A stretch of DNA of 63,607 bases, the filler included, from Choristocarpus tenellus KU-1152 (Eukaryota > Protista > Phaeophyceae): the NCBI GenBank assembly GCA_964200185.2. It is 12 parts of 12 records of this genome, joined end to end, with 100 filler letters (N's around TTAATTAATTAA, not from the genome) between each part and the next. Parts side by side here need not be neighbours in the genome. Positions count along the whole stretch, not along the records: positions 1 to 5,593 come from CAXNAD020010307.1; positions 5,694 to 9,154 come from CAXNAD020019881.1; positions 9,255 to 14,169 come from CAXNAD020012552.1; 9 more parts are not named here. One strand, written 5' to 3'. Under the pieces are notes generated by a model, which was not told the origin of the DNA, made no database searches, and was given only the letters and a program-made list of their open reading frames with translations. How positions within the stretch are numbered: the stretch's first letter is position 1; each line of letters begins with the position of its first letter. The position numbers were made by a program, and so were the translations under genes. This document shows positions 1 to 13,149 of the stretch, one piece after another.

Positions 1-261
1 GCACCACTGTTGCCCCCCCCCCCTCCTTTACCAGCTGCCCCCGGTTCCACTAGCCCATCCAGTGGAATACCAAGGCGTTTTCGTCTTGCGATCTCATCCT
101 TCCTGAGTTAAAACAAGTGCTCATGTGGTTGAAATGTGCCATACCCAACGATGGGAACCTCAAGGTATAGTAGAACTATGTTAACAAAAAAAAACTCAGC
201 ACAAAACACCCTTCTTTTTTTTCGAATCAACATACGGCATTCTACATGTACAGCGGGAATA

Positions 262-292
<31 letters not shown>

Positions 293-2330
293 TTCCACAG
301 GATTCTGAGAGGGATGTATCTAGTGCAAAAGTATTGTCCTATCCATGCACAGGGTTGATTATGTGTCCTAACCCTAACCCTAAAATCACACTTCCTATGA
401 ACGTTCTCTCCAATGAAAATCCTCAACACACACACACACACACACATATTTAACAAAAAAAAAATACATATAGCCCCTTATGCACACTTGTAAAGCTTGT
501 AGCAAACTCACAGGATACACTTATCATGCACTGCAAAAATTGGGTGGAGAATTAGTCGAGGACCTTTAAAATATTAGGACAACTTTTGTGTTACAGCCAA
601 GTGAAAACTCAAGTGTTTGGAAGAGGCTATCCTGGCAATTGCATTAAAAAAATACTATCAGCTGTTGTCACGCAAATGTTCAGTCATTGGGGCCTGCCAA
701 TCAGCCACCCCGCCTACGCCAAACACTTTATAGAAACCCCTCGAACTTCACAAGCACCCAGAAACAGCTTTATCCCTGCCCACCCCCAAACCCAACTCCC
801 TCCTCACCATAATAACCACAGCAGTCACAAACACTCCCTTCTGACTGTAAGATAACATACATGCCAAATGACCCCAACGTGCTATTCACTCATCCCTTTC
901 CCTAACTTCAAGGAGTGAGCTTTTCCATCAAGGCAGCAAATTGGAACATTTCAAATTCATTTAAATTAAAAATGATTACCTTTGAACGTACTGCTCATTC
1001 TTTTCCGCCGCCTTGAGAATCCTTTCCTTTTCTCGCTGCAATTGACACAACATGTTCATGCGTGAGTTAGGGGGGGGATGGTCATTTGTGTGTGCTTATG
1101 CGTGAGTGACCTGACCAGCCAAAGACATAACTTCCACAAGCAAAATAAGAGCGAAATGGAGTCGAGGCACAGGCCCAACATTCCTATCCTACAAACTTTT
1201 GTCTGCCTTCCATGGTGGGCATTCATCCAAACACCCTCACGAATTAGCTCCACTCCACTTCGCGATCATGAAGAAAAGAAAAGACATGGCTCCGGGTTGA
1301 TAAATTTGAAGTTATGATTCCAGTAACTATGATGCCATCAACGCGCACCATATCCCTCATGCTCTACTCGCAACAAGACGTTTCCATTTTACTGTCTCAC
1401 AACCACGAAGTTCGAATGTAAAAAATGTAGAGAAGAGAGATTCCATACCCTTCGTATATGATGAGGGCTATATGTTCAGACAGCCCTAATCGACAAAACA
1501 GTTGCAGAGAGAAAACACCTCTATCCAGTGCCCTTTGTTCTCGACAATGTACTAATAATCTACCCCATTTTCAGATTTAACCATACCTTCCCGATTAGAG
1601 ATCCATGAAGGTAACCTGTCCCCTCGGTCCCGCCTCCCCCCCCTTCCGCTGCCACAGACTCCAGTTGGGCTTGCACCTTCTTGATGGCCTCCTCTGCAAC
1701 TTGCTGGGGTGTCTTGGTCTGCGGTTGTGGCGCCCCCGGGTATGCATACGCTCCCAAGTGCTGCCCCGGCACGGTCGACGGGACAGGTTGTGTCGTGGGC
1801 TGGGGAGATGGGGCAGCTGGCACAGCATGTGCAGCGGGCTGTGCGTACACAACGGGATTGTGCTGTTGTTGCTGAGAATGAGGATGCTGAGGCTGCGGCT
1901 GCGGCTGTGGCTGCGTTTGCGACTGTATCTGCGGCTGTGCTTGTGGCTGTGGCTGCTGCTGCTGCTGAGAATAAACTGAAGTGTGGGGGTGTTGCCCGTA
2001 CCCTTGGTAGTGTTGCACGGGGTTGGGACCGGCAACAGGGGTGCTGGGATGGTGTGCGGTGGTGGCTGGACTAATAGTCTGAGGATGCTGAGCCCATCCA
2101 TGCGGATACGCTGGGTATGTATAACTGGTGTTCGCTACCGATTGCTGCTGCTGTTGTGGCGGTTGCTGCTGAACGTATTGCTGCTGAGGGTATTGAGTCG
2201 GAGCAGTAGTCATCGTAGTCTGCGCCTGACCTTGGATCGGCATCTGGACCTGACCATAGCCATAGTTGTACACTGGTTGAGTTGCCTGCGCATGACCCCC
2301 TGGTGCCTGGGCATAGTGTTGGTGTTGCAT
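1..2330 (-). CDS. Gln/Pro/Tyr-rich low-complexity protein, 5' part (3' end outside the window)
   Basis: Exons 2330-1587 (MQHQHYAQ...SLIGK, AAG|gtatgg), 1035-980 (REKERILKAAEKNEQYVQ) and 102-~1 (RKDEIARRKRLGIPLDGLVEPGAAG) splice in frame with GT-AG sites. Probable 5'UTR intron acceptor at 2345-2346. Confidence 0.8.
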
Positions 2331-3301
2331 CGTTGGGCAGTCAACTGAACAAAACCGAGGATGGTCTCCCCTGGAGAACAGGGGAGGTGTAGCCGTCTCA
2401 ACAACGTGCTTTTCGATTTACGCCCTCCTCCTAGATTCCTCACACCCTTGACAAGAAGAAGAAGTCAAGTTGAAGGCGAGGGATCAGTGAACGAGAAACG
2501 ACGCGCCGTACTACAAGTTCCTCTCCTTTCACAAGCAGTGTGCTTTGCCTTCACCCTCTAAAAACTGTGTAATGGAGATCTCTACCCAACTTGGTTGGTT
2601 TTTATTTTTTATTGTGGATTAGAGAGTGATTCCCACAAGTACTTAGTTGTTTGTTGCCATTTTGCGAAACAGCCATCCTGGTGAATCAGCTCCAGTGGTT
2701 TGTGGGGCGATCGAGTTGACTACTTGGGGCTTCCATCGTCATCAGTCATTCACTGCGTGATTGAGTTATTCCTTGAAGTGGTGAACGTGCTTGAGTGGTA
2801 CGGTTGCCTCCACGACGCCACCAGTGGAGATAGGTAACTACACCCCACCACTGCGAAGTAGCGATACTTCGATCCTGTGGCTTGCCAGGAACCTCTTCTC
2901 GATCCTTCCTAATGTACTAGCTTTCCTTTAGTTCCTAGTCCTGACACTGCAGACATCCCACGGCTGGTCCAGGTATAACGTGAGTTGCGGCGAATGATCC
3001 ATGGGCATTAAGAAGACCACCCTGACCTCGAGAATATTTCCTCCTATCTGCATTCCAACCTCGTTTTCTAATAGGGAAACCTGTCTTCTACCTTGATTGG
3101 AGATGAACAGATCCACGTAGATCAAAGGCAAGAACAAGGCGAAGAAAAAGGTTAACGAGACTACTTCATAGGAAGTTGGGAGGCGTTTGGTTTACGAGTG
3201 GGTTCCTTGAGTTCGATATCGAGGATAAGGACGGACTGAAATTTCGAGGAAAGAAAGTTGCATAGCCTAAAGGAAGTGAACATTTAGAAGGGGGTGGAGT
3301 C

Positions 3302-4689
3302 ATGGCGAAAATGGATGAAGACGCCCCAATGTGTCAAGTTTGCAACCATAGACATCATCAGGTGAGACCGCAGGCCATGCTTTGCTGCTTAATTCAGATG
3401 GGTCGAAACATTCGCTTACCCTGCATATCGTTACCGCTGAATGTATAAGGTTGAGCTACTCCTTTCATGTGTATCTGGTTGTACCTCTAGAATTTTTTTT
3501 CATAAGTGTGCAGTAATGTCCAGAACTCTAGTGTGACTTACAATCCAGGGAGGACGTGATAGAGATGTGGAAGGTGCTCCTCGAAAACAAGTACTTGCTG
3601 TGCCCTGGGCAGCCCAATAAAATTCTCCGGCGTGTAAATTAGGGGTGATCTTTGCCGTCTATGTGTCCTGTATGCATCCCTATAACACTTGTCTTGTAGT
3701 TACAATAGACGGTATATATGCACAATGTATATTTGATGGGGACTAAGCGCTCCCCTGGGAGCTCTTCTGAGTAAAAGGCCATACTCCTTGCCATATGTCA
3801 TTGCTGTCAGCAGTTCCCTGGACTTTCATGTCAAACAAGTTGGTGACTCACCTATCTCTCTCTGAAAATGCTACTAGCTCGCATACAGTACCCTGTCCTC
3901 GGTCAGGACTTATTTTTGGATGTGGAGGACAAAGGTAGCTTTGCTCTGAACCTTCAAAGAGAAGAGTGTTGCAAAAATCTTGACATCTATGCGATGTATG
4001 AGCAGCATCTATGGTGGATAGGATCAGGCTGTAGATTTCATTCTGGTGGACCTACGTTTATTGATAGTGTGGCATTTTTCTCTCCAGTAGGGTAATTCCT
4101 TGCCATTTTTTTAAGGCTAAATTTACGGAAGGGATGTGTCCTTGTGTTCAAGCTTGTGCATCTCTTTGTTCCTGCCCCTTCTAAAGGTTCCAATCCCTCA
4201 TGGGCCATGAGCTCTCATCTTATCCCATTCTTCTCCATCCGGTTTGCCATAAGAAATCTTTGGGCTGGTGTACCTTTGAATAACTTTCTAATGCTTGGCA
4301 GGGCTTGGATCATCCCTTGTTCTGCCTTATCAGTTATGATACATGCATTCTCATTCCTTCCCCCCTCTCTCCTCCCTCCATCCCCAGCTCCGAGCCACCC
4401 TTCATTTCCTCTCTATGGTGACTGTACTTTGCTGTTCAAATCCGTACCCAAGTTCTCAACCCCCTAGTAGTCTCCACTTCCCCCCCTCCCCCCCTACTGA
4501 AATAGTGATTAACTCTACTGTCTTGCAGGGCAAAAAGTGTCCAATTTGCGGACACAAGGGGAAAGGGAAGATCTACCAGTTACTGGCTGAAGGTCCAGTC
4601 AGCATGGGCCTCAATTTCCGTTTGTTTGACCGGCGCACCTCTGAGCAGTGGTTCAAGGGCTACTGGGCTCTTGCCCATATCATTCGAAG
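3302..4689 (+). CDS. Protein with N-terminal Cys/His Zn-ribbon (CxxCxHxH...CxxCGH), possibly followed by a GNAT-like domain; partial
   Basis: Exon 3302-3361 (MAKMDEDAPMCQVCNHRHHQ|gtgaga) joins in phase 0 to exon 4529-4689 (GKKCPICGHKGKGKIYQLL...WALAHIIRR|gt). The metal-binding motif is only completed by splicing. Confidence 0.75.
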
Positions 4690-5593
4690 GTGCTTGGTGT
4701 CAATAGTGTTCGGTTGACTTGCCTCTTGGGGGAGAGGAGTAACTTGTGCAGTAAGGTCTAGGTGGTCAAGAAAGACCTTGGGAAACCGAGGACAGGAGAG
4801 GTATCATGTTGGGAAGGGATGGACGTGATTTTTGTGACTGCAGAGGGAAGGCAGTGGAGAGTGTAAGTCACACCATTGGTGAAGGTACCGAGCAATGGAG
4901 GGCATGTTCTTCTCTTGGTCTTGGCTATTCTACTCTAATATTTACACAGTATGTTGGCTTCTCTAAATGTCCTTGTTGCTTGTGCCTAGGGTGTGCTGTA
5001 ATTTGCTGTGGAATTGTCTGTTCTAAAATTCCTGCGTCAACTCCGTACCTCTTGATGCGGGAAGGCGTGTTTACTGCACTGAGATGAAAGTGGATCCAAT
5101 GCAAGAGTTTGATGAAGATGACCCCATCAGCCGGCACGTGCTCATTCAAGGTAGGTTGTCGAATGATGGTTTTGGCAGATTTTTCCATACCTGAGAAATG
5201 GGTTCTAGTCAGAGGGGTGGGGGGTTTCTGTAAAGGTACACAGGTGGGCATGAGGAAGATCAGGTGTGAGGGAGAGTTTTTGGGGGTGTGGAATGCATGC
5301 TGCTAGAGTTACTACTGTAGTGTGAAATGTTGTGGAGACTACTTCGTAATAGGGTTTAGTTCATGAGCAAATTGATTTCCATCCCAAGTACTCAGCAGCA
5401 GCACTTTAAGCTGTTCTCAACACCACCTCAATACACCCCACCCTGAAATGTAATAGTCGACCATCAAGTGAAACCCAAGCGTGAACTGTACCTCAGCACG
5501 CAGAAGTCCTTTCCATGAATCATACGCCCCCCCCCCCCCCACCACCCCCACCCCCTTCGCCAACTCCCGCACCCACCTCCACACCGTGGTGAT

Positions 5594-5693
5594 NNNNNNN
5601 NNNNNNNNNNNNNNNNNNNNNNNNNNNNNNNNNNNNNTTAATTAATTAANNNNNNNNNNNNNNNNNNNNNNNNNNNNNNNNNNNNNNNNNNNN
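5594..5693. other. Artificial contig-joining linker (N44-TTAATTAATTAA-N44); first of 11 identical linkers
   Basis: Identical 100-nt spacer with stops in all six frames at 5594-5693, 9155-9254, 14170-14269, 19462-19561, 22341-22440, 26437-26536, 33943-34042, 36911-37010, 41937-42036, 46402-46501, 59835-59934. Confidence 0.99.
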
Positions 5694-6245
5694 GAAGGGT
5701 CCAAAACATCTGTGCCCCTGCCCTTGGTTTAAATGACTGCAGTTCCCCCCCCCCCATCCACAGCAGCAAATGATGGAACGGAACACGGTGTAAGGGGGGG
5801 GGGGCAGGTGGAGAAAGAGGGGTTGGGATGGGTGAGGTTGAAGTTGAGTGGAACAGGGAGGAACAAGGGGGGTACAAGAACCGAAATCGCACCACTGCAT
5901 ACATTATCACAATGACCACAGCACACTACTCTGCTTCCTCCCCACACTAATAATGATGTAGTATCATAAGTGACAAACCAAACCATGGAAGGTAACTCAC
6001 ACTTCACATGAGATATGAAAGGGGCAAGTAAGACCACGCCAGGGTCAATTCTAGAGGCACAACCAACAGACACGTCCAGCCCAGGCACCGAATCAGGCAT
6101 TGTTGTCTAGTGTGTAACTGCTAAAAATTCGTACCCCTCAGTCAAACCGTAACATCTCAGTATCTCGACAAAAACTCCCCATACACTGAAGTCTCACTAA
6201 ATAGCACAAACTAACACAAGCCAGTAGACAACAAAGTGTTGTTAC

Positions 6246-8973
6246 CTTGCCCATATGCCTCTCCGCTGTTATCACCATCACCATCACCATCACCATCAGC
6301 CCCAAGCCCCAGGCGCAATCGCTTGCCTCCATCGTAAGAAACACTGGGAACTAATCCCGACAGGTCTGCTGCCTCCAGGAGCCTACGTTTTCCCAGTCCT
6401 GCTGCAGGTGCCACCGACAGCATTGGGGCTTGGGCACCAACTGCCATATGAATCACTCCTGCTGCCTTCTCACACAAATTTTGTTCATTTTCCAAGGCCA
6501 AAGAGAAATGTAAAGGGTGGGGAGGTGTAAGGTATGTGGTAGGAGGTGTAGGTGTAGGTGCTGTTGTGAAACGGCCTTCTAATCTAATCAAGGTAGAACC
6601 ATGCATACAGACAACAAATGGAGAAAACTGCATCATCCAATCAAGAGATATTGATGTCTCTTCCGTCACATGTCAAAATCCGCCCATATCCAAAACGTAT
6701 TCCCCCCCCCACCTCAAACACCAACAGAGCAACTCAGAACACAAACATATGCACACACCAAAGTAACATATCACTTCCACTCAAAAAAACTATTACCATT
6801 CCTCACCCCTCACACACCTGTGGACCTTCACCTCCGCCTCCATCACTTCCTGGCACTGTCAGGAGCAACAGTTGCTGCCCCTTAGTAAGTGCCACCACAC
6901 CCTCCCGCCCCCCTCCTCCCAGCAACAGAGCCATGCACACCACAACATCTCTCTGTAGACGCCAGTTGAGAAGAGGCGAAGGGTGCTCCCCATTCAATAG
7001 CAGGACTGTTGACCCTCCAATAGACCTACCCCTACCCCTACCCCTGCCCCAATCCCGTCCCCTAGATCTCCTCTTGGTCATCTTGATGCACAAGGCCACG
7101 TTTCCAAACCCACCCCCCCCACTACCAGGCACTAGCACCCCCTGGCGGCCTGTCCTTTGTACCTCTGACGCCTCAACTGTGGCTGTCGCACAAACCCTCG
7201 CTCGGTACTGCCAGAGGGGAGCCACCTACTCAAAGAGTAGCACAAATAGAGCCAGTGTGTACAACAAGGGGGGTGAAGGTGGAACAGAAGGTAATATTGT
7301 GGTCACATTGAATAGAGCGGAACACCTCTAGGTGCAGTAGTAGTACAGTAGGGAGAGCTGACGAGGGAAAGGGAAGAGGTGGATGAGGAGGGTTCATTCT
7401 TTCATCTTCTGGATGGTCTCATCCTTGGCCAATGATGGTTTGAGGGTTGGAGCAAGAAAAACGAGATACCGGTGGGAGGACACCGTTAGTGGAAAGAAAG
7501 AAAGGAAGGAAGGAAGGAAGGAAGGAAGGAAGAGCATTCTATCAATACTTGAAATAAAAATAAGAACATCATTTGCTATTGACGGTTGCTACAACTCACA
7601 GGAAAATATAGGCTATTCTCGGTAGTGAATCACAAAACAATCAGTTGGCACCAGTAGAGCCAAATGCAAGCAAAGAGACGTTCTCACCACAAGGACATAT
7701 CACACAGAAAACAATACCCCTGCCCCCCCCCAAAGGATTGTACTCCTTACATTGTGCCTGGTGTGACACAACTATCCTACCCTGAAGCCATCAATAGTCC
7801 ACTAAATCATTGCTGTAATTCTCAAATACAAAAACATCTTTCGGACAAAATATCAAAGCACCTCAAAACCCAGCCATCACATAAACATTGCCTTCTCCTA
7901 CCTCACCCCTATCCAATTCACCTGCCGTGACACTACATCCCAGACAGCTGCATACCCATAACCTGAAGAGAAGATATTTGCCGTGCCTGGAATGAACCTC
8001 ATTGATTGCTTGGACCTCACCAAACCACCTCTTCTCCCTGCTACTGTGCCCCTCCTTGTCGTAATCACAGGGGGTAGGAGTGTGTACAGAAGGGTTGCCG
8101 ATTCAGGTGACCAGAGTGTGATAACACCTGCAGGGAAATGGGAAACACACACACACACACATTTAGTACAGAAAACATCAGCAGAAGTAGTCATATGCTA
8201 GAGAGAAGTAGGCATGCAGGTAGGGCTGGGAGAGGGGTCGATGCAAGCTTGACCTGACTATTATTTGAAGCCCCAATTACTACAATAACTACAGTACAGT
8301 GATAAGTAGTACATGATAGCACTACACTGTGTCACACAATGTTCTTCTACAATTCAAGTTCAAACCTCAAAAACTAAGCCTAAGCCCAAGCCCAAGTTAG
8401 TTCAAATGTTTGCACTTTTTTTTTTTTAATGTTGCAAGGATCAAGTTTCTTTGTCGATGAACTGCAGCAGAGCTCCAACACAAAGCGGGGAATCAGAGTG
8501 CAGTAACTACGTCCCTCAACTCTTCTATTTGCACACAAAACAAAACTCGAACAATACAAAAGAATCATTTTATAAAGCCATCTAGGACCAGGCAATACAC
8601 GTATATTATATTACATGCGATACGCTCCATTCTTATTAAAAAAAAACAAAATACAAAGAAACGTTTACCACTCCGAAAAGAAGCAGCCAGCCAATACAAC
8701 GAAAGCATGTTTCAAGGCAAAACAGTTGACTTTTTTCTTCATTTTAACTATCAACCTCATATACTACTCTCAATACTATCACTGTTAAAAGAAAGATCAA
8801 CATCAAAGTACAAAATAAACTGCCCACACAAGCAGGCAGCCCACCAAGAATATTCCAGCGTCAACCACAGGCACACAGACCCCACTCTACCCACCGTCAT
8901 AAGCCACCGCCAACACTGAACCATCAGAGGAGAAGGCCAATGCCTGTGCAGACAGTCCTGCCTTGTATCGAAC
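6246..8973 (-). CDS. WDR75: WD40-repeat protein WDR75/UTP17 (Nan1), internal and C-terminal exons
   Basis: Exons 8973-8895, 8127-7922, 7225-6818 and ~6465-6246 are in compatible phases. They give VRYKAGLSAQALAFSSDGSVLAVAYDGVITLWSPES...AAVWDVVSRQVAPLWQY, matching the WDR75 'AFSxDGSVLAVA..VITLW' blade as I recall it. Confidence 0.7.
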
Positions 8974-9419
8974 CTGCCACACACAACAACATACTTGAGT
9001 CGTGTTGGGATGTTGGAAAGATGAGCAGGTATACACCCTGCTCAAAGACGCAACTCACAGGTATGCCCCCCTCCCCCTCCCCCCCCACAAACCCTCAATG
9101 GCCCTCCTTCTCCCCCTGGTCACACAGGGCACAATGATAACTCATAAAAACCTANNNNNNNNNNNNNNNNNNNNNNNNNNNNNNNNNNNNNNNNNNNNTT
9201 AATTAATTAANNNNNNNNNNNNNNNNNNNNNNNNNNNNNNNNNNNNNNNNNNNNGTGTTGCTGAGGTTTGTGGGCATGGGGCTCCTTGCTGCCTGTCTCA
9301 GCTGGGGAGTTGTGATGTTGTGGTGTTTGGTTGTTGTGGCACTAAATGACCGGAGCATGGTGTTGGCAGTGCCAACAGATTGTCAAGAGTCTAGGCTTTG
9401 ATTGGAGAATTTTCATGGC

Positions 9420-9457
<38 letters not shown>

Positions 9458-10405
9458 TACTATTCATGTATGTGGTGAAATGAATAAAAAATGACGAAAC
9501 AGTATCTTCTTGGGGTAGTTACGGAAGGGTCTTATGTGCATGTGTCTCGTGTGTGGGTGTTTGGTTTAGCTAGGTATGGTATGTATTGAGATGCTTTGAT
9601 CTGCTCCGTCAAGGGACTGCCTCTCTGTCTGCTTACAGATGCAGCAAGCAAGAGCCAGAATGATTGATGTGGAAACTCTATGTGAAGGGAGGGAAGGGTG
9701 AACGTGATACGTGAATACATGCCATGCATCCAGGTCACTCACTCAATGAAGACTTCTTGTTTGTTCCCGTAGCTTACTACTGTGGAGGTGATCAAATAAT
9801 GGGGGGGGTATGTCAGGTGGTTATGATATGAATAGATTCGTGTTGTTGCTCTTGAATTCCCCATCTCGTTGTCTCAATTATGGTTGTATGAATTAATTTT
9901 TTTCAAATCACCCATATAGCAATAGACATTTATGACCTTCGAACCACTGTAGGAGTTTTACTCTACGTCTTTACGTTCAAAACAGAACCAACCAGGCTCA
10001 ATATAAACAAGTGGTAAATCCTGATCTTGTGGTGTGAAAAGAGAAACAGTACCTTATTTCGCTGGAATCCATCGCCCTGTGCAAGAGGTGTATTTCGTTT
10101 TGTCTGTTTTGCATTATATATGTAAGCCTTCTTTTTTTAACCCTGTGTAATGCACCATATTATATTGATTTGCATTCACATTAGAATCGAAGTTATTATT
10201 ACAGGAGTGAGGCTGACCGAAAGAAATCCGCACAATTCATTAAGTTTGGCTTGACCGTGTTTGTGTGTGAAATATGATCTGAGACGTTTTGGGTGACGAT
10301 TTAGGAATGGAAGACCATGACAGCCTTTAACATCATGAGTCGTATGTACGTGTGCTTGACGGAGCCAAGTGTTTGCCAATGAACGAGTGGCACCATCTCA
10401 GAGAG

Positions 10406-10448
<43 letters not shown>

Positions 10449-12077
10449 TAGTAGTGGAAAAGACAGCTCAAGTAGATCATCAGTGCTCAAACCCAGTCCA
10501 TGTTGCCTGGTGAAGACCACTACTCCTCTATTGTTTTGTCTCTGGTTTGACTGTGTGATCGCTTGCCTAAAGTGGATTGACTAACCCTTTCTGCTCGTGC
10601 CTTGTCACTTCATATAGAAGAGAAGTAGTGCACACTGAATATTTCCTTTGATGAAGTTTTCTTGATTTTTTGTTTTTGTGTTTGGTTTTTCGAAGTAGTA
10701 GTGATGCATGGGATTGAGACATGGCAATGATGAACCCTTCTTCTTTTCTTTTCCCCCTCTAATCTGGGTTCCTTTACTAGTAATATCTTGGGGATGTTGA
10801 CGTTTCAAGGTCTTAAAACATTTTGTTAGGTCAGGTCTTGGGATTTACTTTTTTTTTCAGTGTTTATTTGGCTCCCTTCTCCCTTCTCCCTTCTCTCATT
10901 TCTCGTTTTTTACATTTTTGTGTATTATTGTATCTCTAAGACTTTCTTTTCGACCATGACCATGGGTTAAAGACTCTTCATACAGATCCGAAGAATAATA
11001 AAAGTATACAAAACAAGAATTTCATGCATTGAAACACGGAAAAATATCGCACATTAATGATAGCAAGTGAAATGATCTTATTCTCAAGGCAACCCCAATA
11101 CAGTACTTACTTGCGGCATGAAAGATATGTACCTTTGCACCGTGTATCTACAAAAGATACATTTATATATAGAGAGATACATATCTCCTATCAATGAAGC
11201 TCCTATGACGAGGAGTGAAATATTTCAGTAAAGAACAACTGAATAATTTTTCTTATCTATACTCCAACACAATTTATTTGCACGTATAAATATATCAAGT
11301 ATATGATAATAAATTTCTTACTACACTACTACTCGGAAAAGTTAGTTCCACATGTTATGCTTCTAGATATTATCAAGGATAAATATAATAAAATGGTGAA
11401 GATTCGAACCAATTCCGAGTTCTAAATCAAATAGAAGAGAATACTAGAATATGGTAAGGGACTACTATTAATGATAGAAGTATGCCTTACTACTTGTAAA
11501 ATATGTACAAAAAAAAGAACAGATACTCTATGTTTTTCAAAGCGGTATGTGTGTGTTTTTCTCCAAAAATTGGAGATTCATCCATCAAACCACACCAACA
11601 ACGACCCCCTTTCTCCAAACACGATCACAACCTGCATAAACCTCCTCATTCGTCGTTTCCCCTCACAGAGTTGGAGATTTGTCATAAGCAGGTGTCAGGT
11701 GAGCAATGACGATTTATCCAACACGCAGCAGCATGTCGATAGGATGACCAACCACGGAATACCATACGCATTGCTCGCGCACCTCCCGTTTTGTGCATCA
11801 AAGAGTGTACCACAAACTTCGACGCGTAGGTCGGTTTGATTGGTAGTTCCTCAATCTCTCCCATAAGGCGTCAGGATCGTAGCAAGTACTTGGAGTAGGA
11901 GCGAGGTACCTGCTGACCTGATTTTTTAATGCACCGATCACTCTTCTTACCCTCCTCTTGGGCTGTGCGAATCTCCAACTACAGATATAGCTTCTACCAC
12001 CACCACCGTCTCCTCGTCCATCTGCTCCAGGGCATTTATCCCCATCCACATACCGATACTTGGTCTTCTTCACACAG

Positions 12078-13149
12078 CAAGAAAACAATGTCAAAGACGT
12101 CCTCCCCAGCGTGTACGTTCGCTCCGGACTTGAGCGCCACGAAGGCGTACGCGGCGAAGATGAAACCCCGAAAGGTGGGAAGGCAGAATATTTTCATTGA
12201 GGCGGAATGCGGTCGTTCCATGTTGATTTCTTCGTGTACATCGCGACGAGGTACTCCTCTCACGTCGGTCTTGACATAGTCTCGCTAGTAGCCCTCTATA
12301 CCTGCGATAGGCTACAAAAGACTGACAGGGTCCTCCTCTTCACCCCTTTGTACTTTGTCTTTTACGACTGGCATTGAACCGAACTGTTTGCCAAAGGGAA
12401 CGTTCGCGAGCCGACACCACCTGACCCTGGCGAAGCAGGTGGTGAAGTCTCGGCAGCGAGAGGGCCAGAGACTCCAGTCGGAGCTACGCGAGTGCACATT
12501 TTCCCCAAATATTTCGGCGTCACAGGCAGTGGTGAGGCCGAGGCGGATTGGCCGCGAACCAGCCCATCTGAGGCTTTTTCGCGAAAGGAATGGGCACAAG
12601 CGACGTGCCAACCACGACACGACGGAACAGGCGAGACCTTAGTATAGTTATTATTCTCCGGTAGTAGTGCAACTCAATATGATACTGTAGTAGAATCCCA
12701 CATTTAACAGGTATTATTGAGTTGGACCGAACCTGAAATTTTGCTTCGATGCAGGAGCTTTGAATGGAAGGATCATCCTGTAATGTCGGGATGTGCTTTA
12801 TATCGTTGTGACGTTTATCCACTGGTTCCTTCCTCTCTTCGTGACGCCCTAATGCTACTCCTATCGTTACCCCCTCACCTACCCGCTGTCTCTACGTCCA
12901 TACCCATAGGTTGCTAGCACGTGCTCTGTGAGCACAGAAACAGAACAAGCGGGGAGTGAAATGAGCAGCAGTACGACAGATGAAGGTGCAGCGATGGGCA
13001 CACCAGACCCATCCTTAAATGCGGAGCCCGAGCCTGATGTCATTAGAAACGATATCTGGGCAAAATATGCCGCTCTCAGAAAGAGAAAGGGACCTCCAAG
13101 GCCATGGGAGGACTTCCGTAAGACAGAGAGCAGAAGATTATCCACTTGA
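12078..13149 (+). CDS. Uncharacterised CTFxP-repeat protein, 3' exons (5' end unresolved)
   Basis: Exons ~12078-12174 (ACTFAPDLSATK), 12439-12630 (ELRECTFSPNISAS...AHLRLF) and terminal exon 12910-13149 ending TGA. The last intron is GC-AG and preserves frame. Confidence 0.6.

Noticed and set aside
5638-5649. Recurrent TTAATTAATTAA between N runs as a biological repeat or array
   Set aside because: Identical synthetic six-frame-stop linker used to concatenate contigs.
11798-12263. Minus-strand ORFs as viral genes
   Set aside because: They are antisense to the spliced CTFxP gene and show no recognisable motif.
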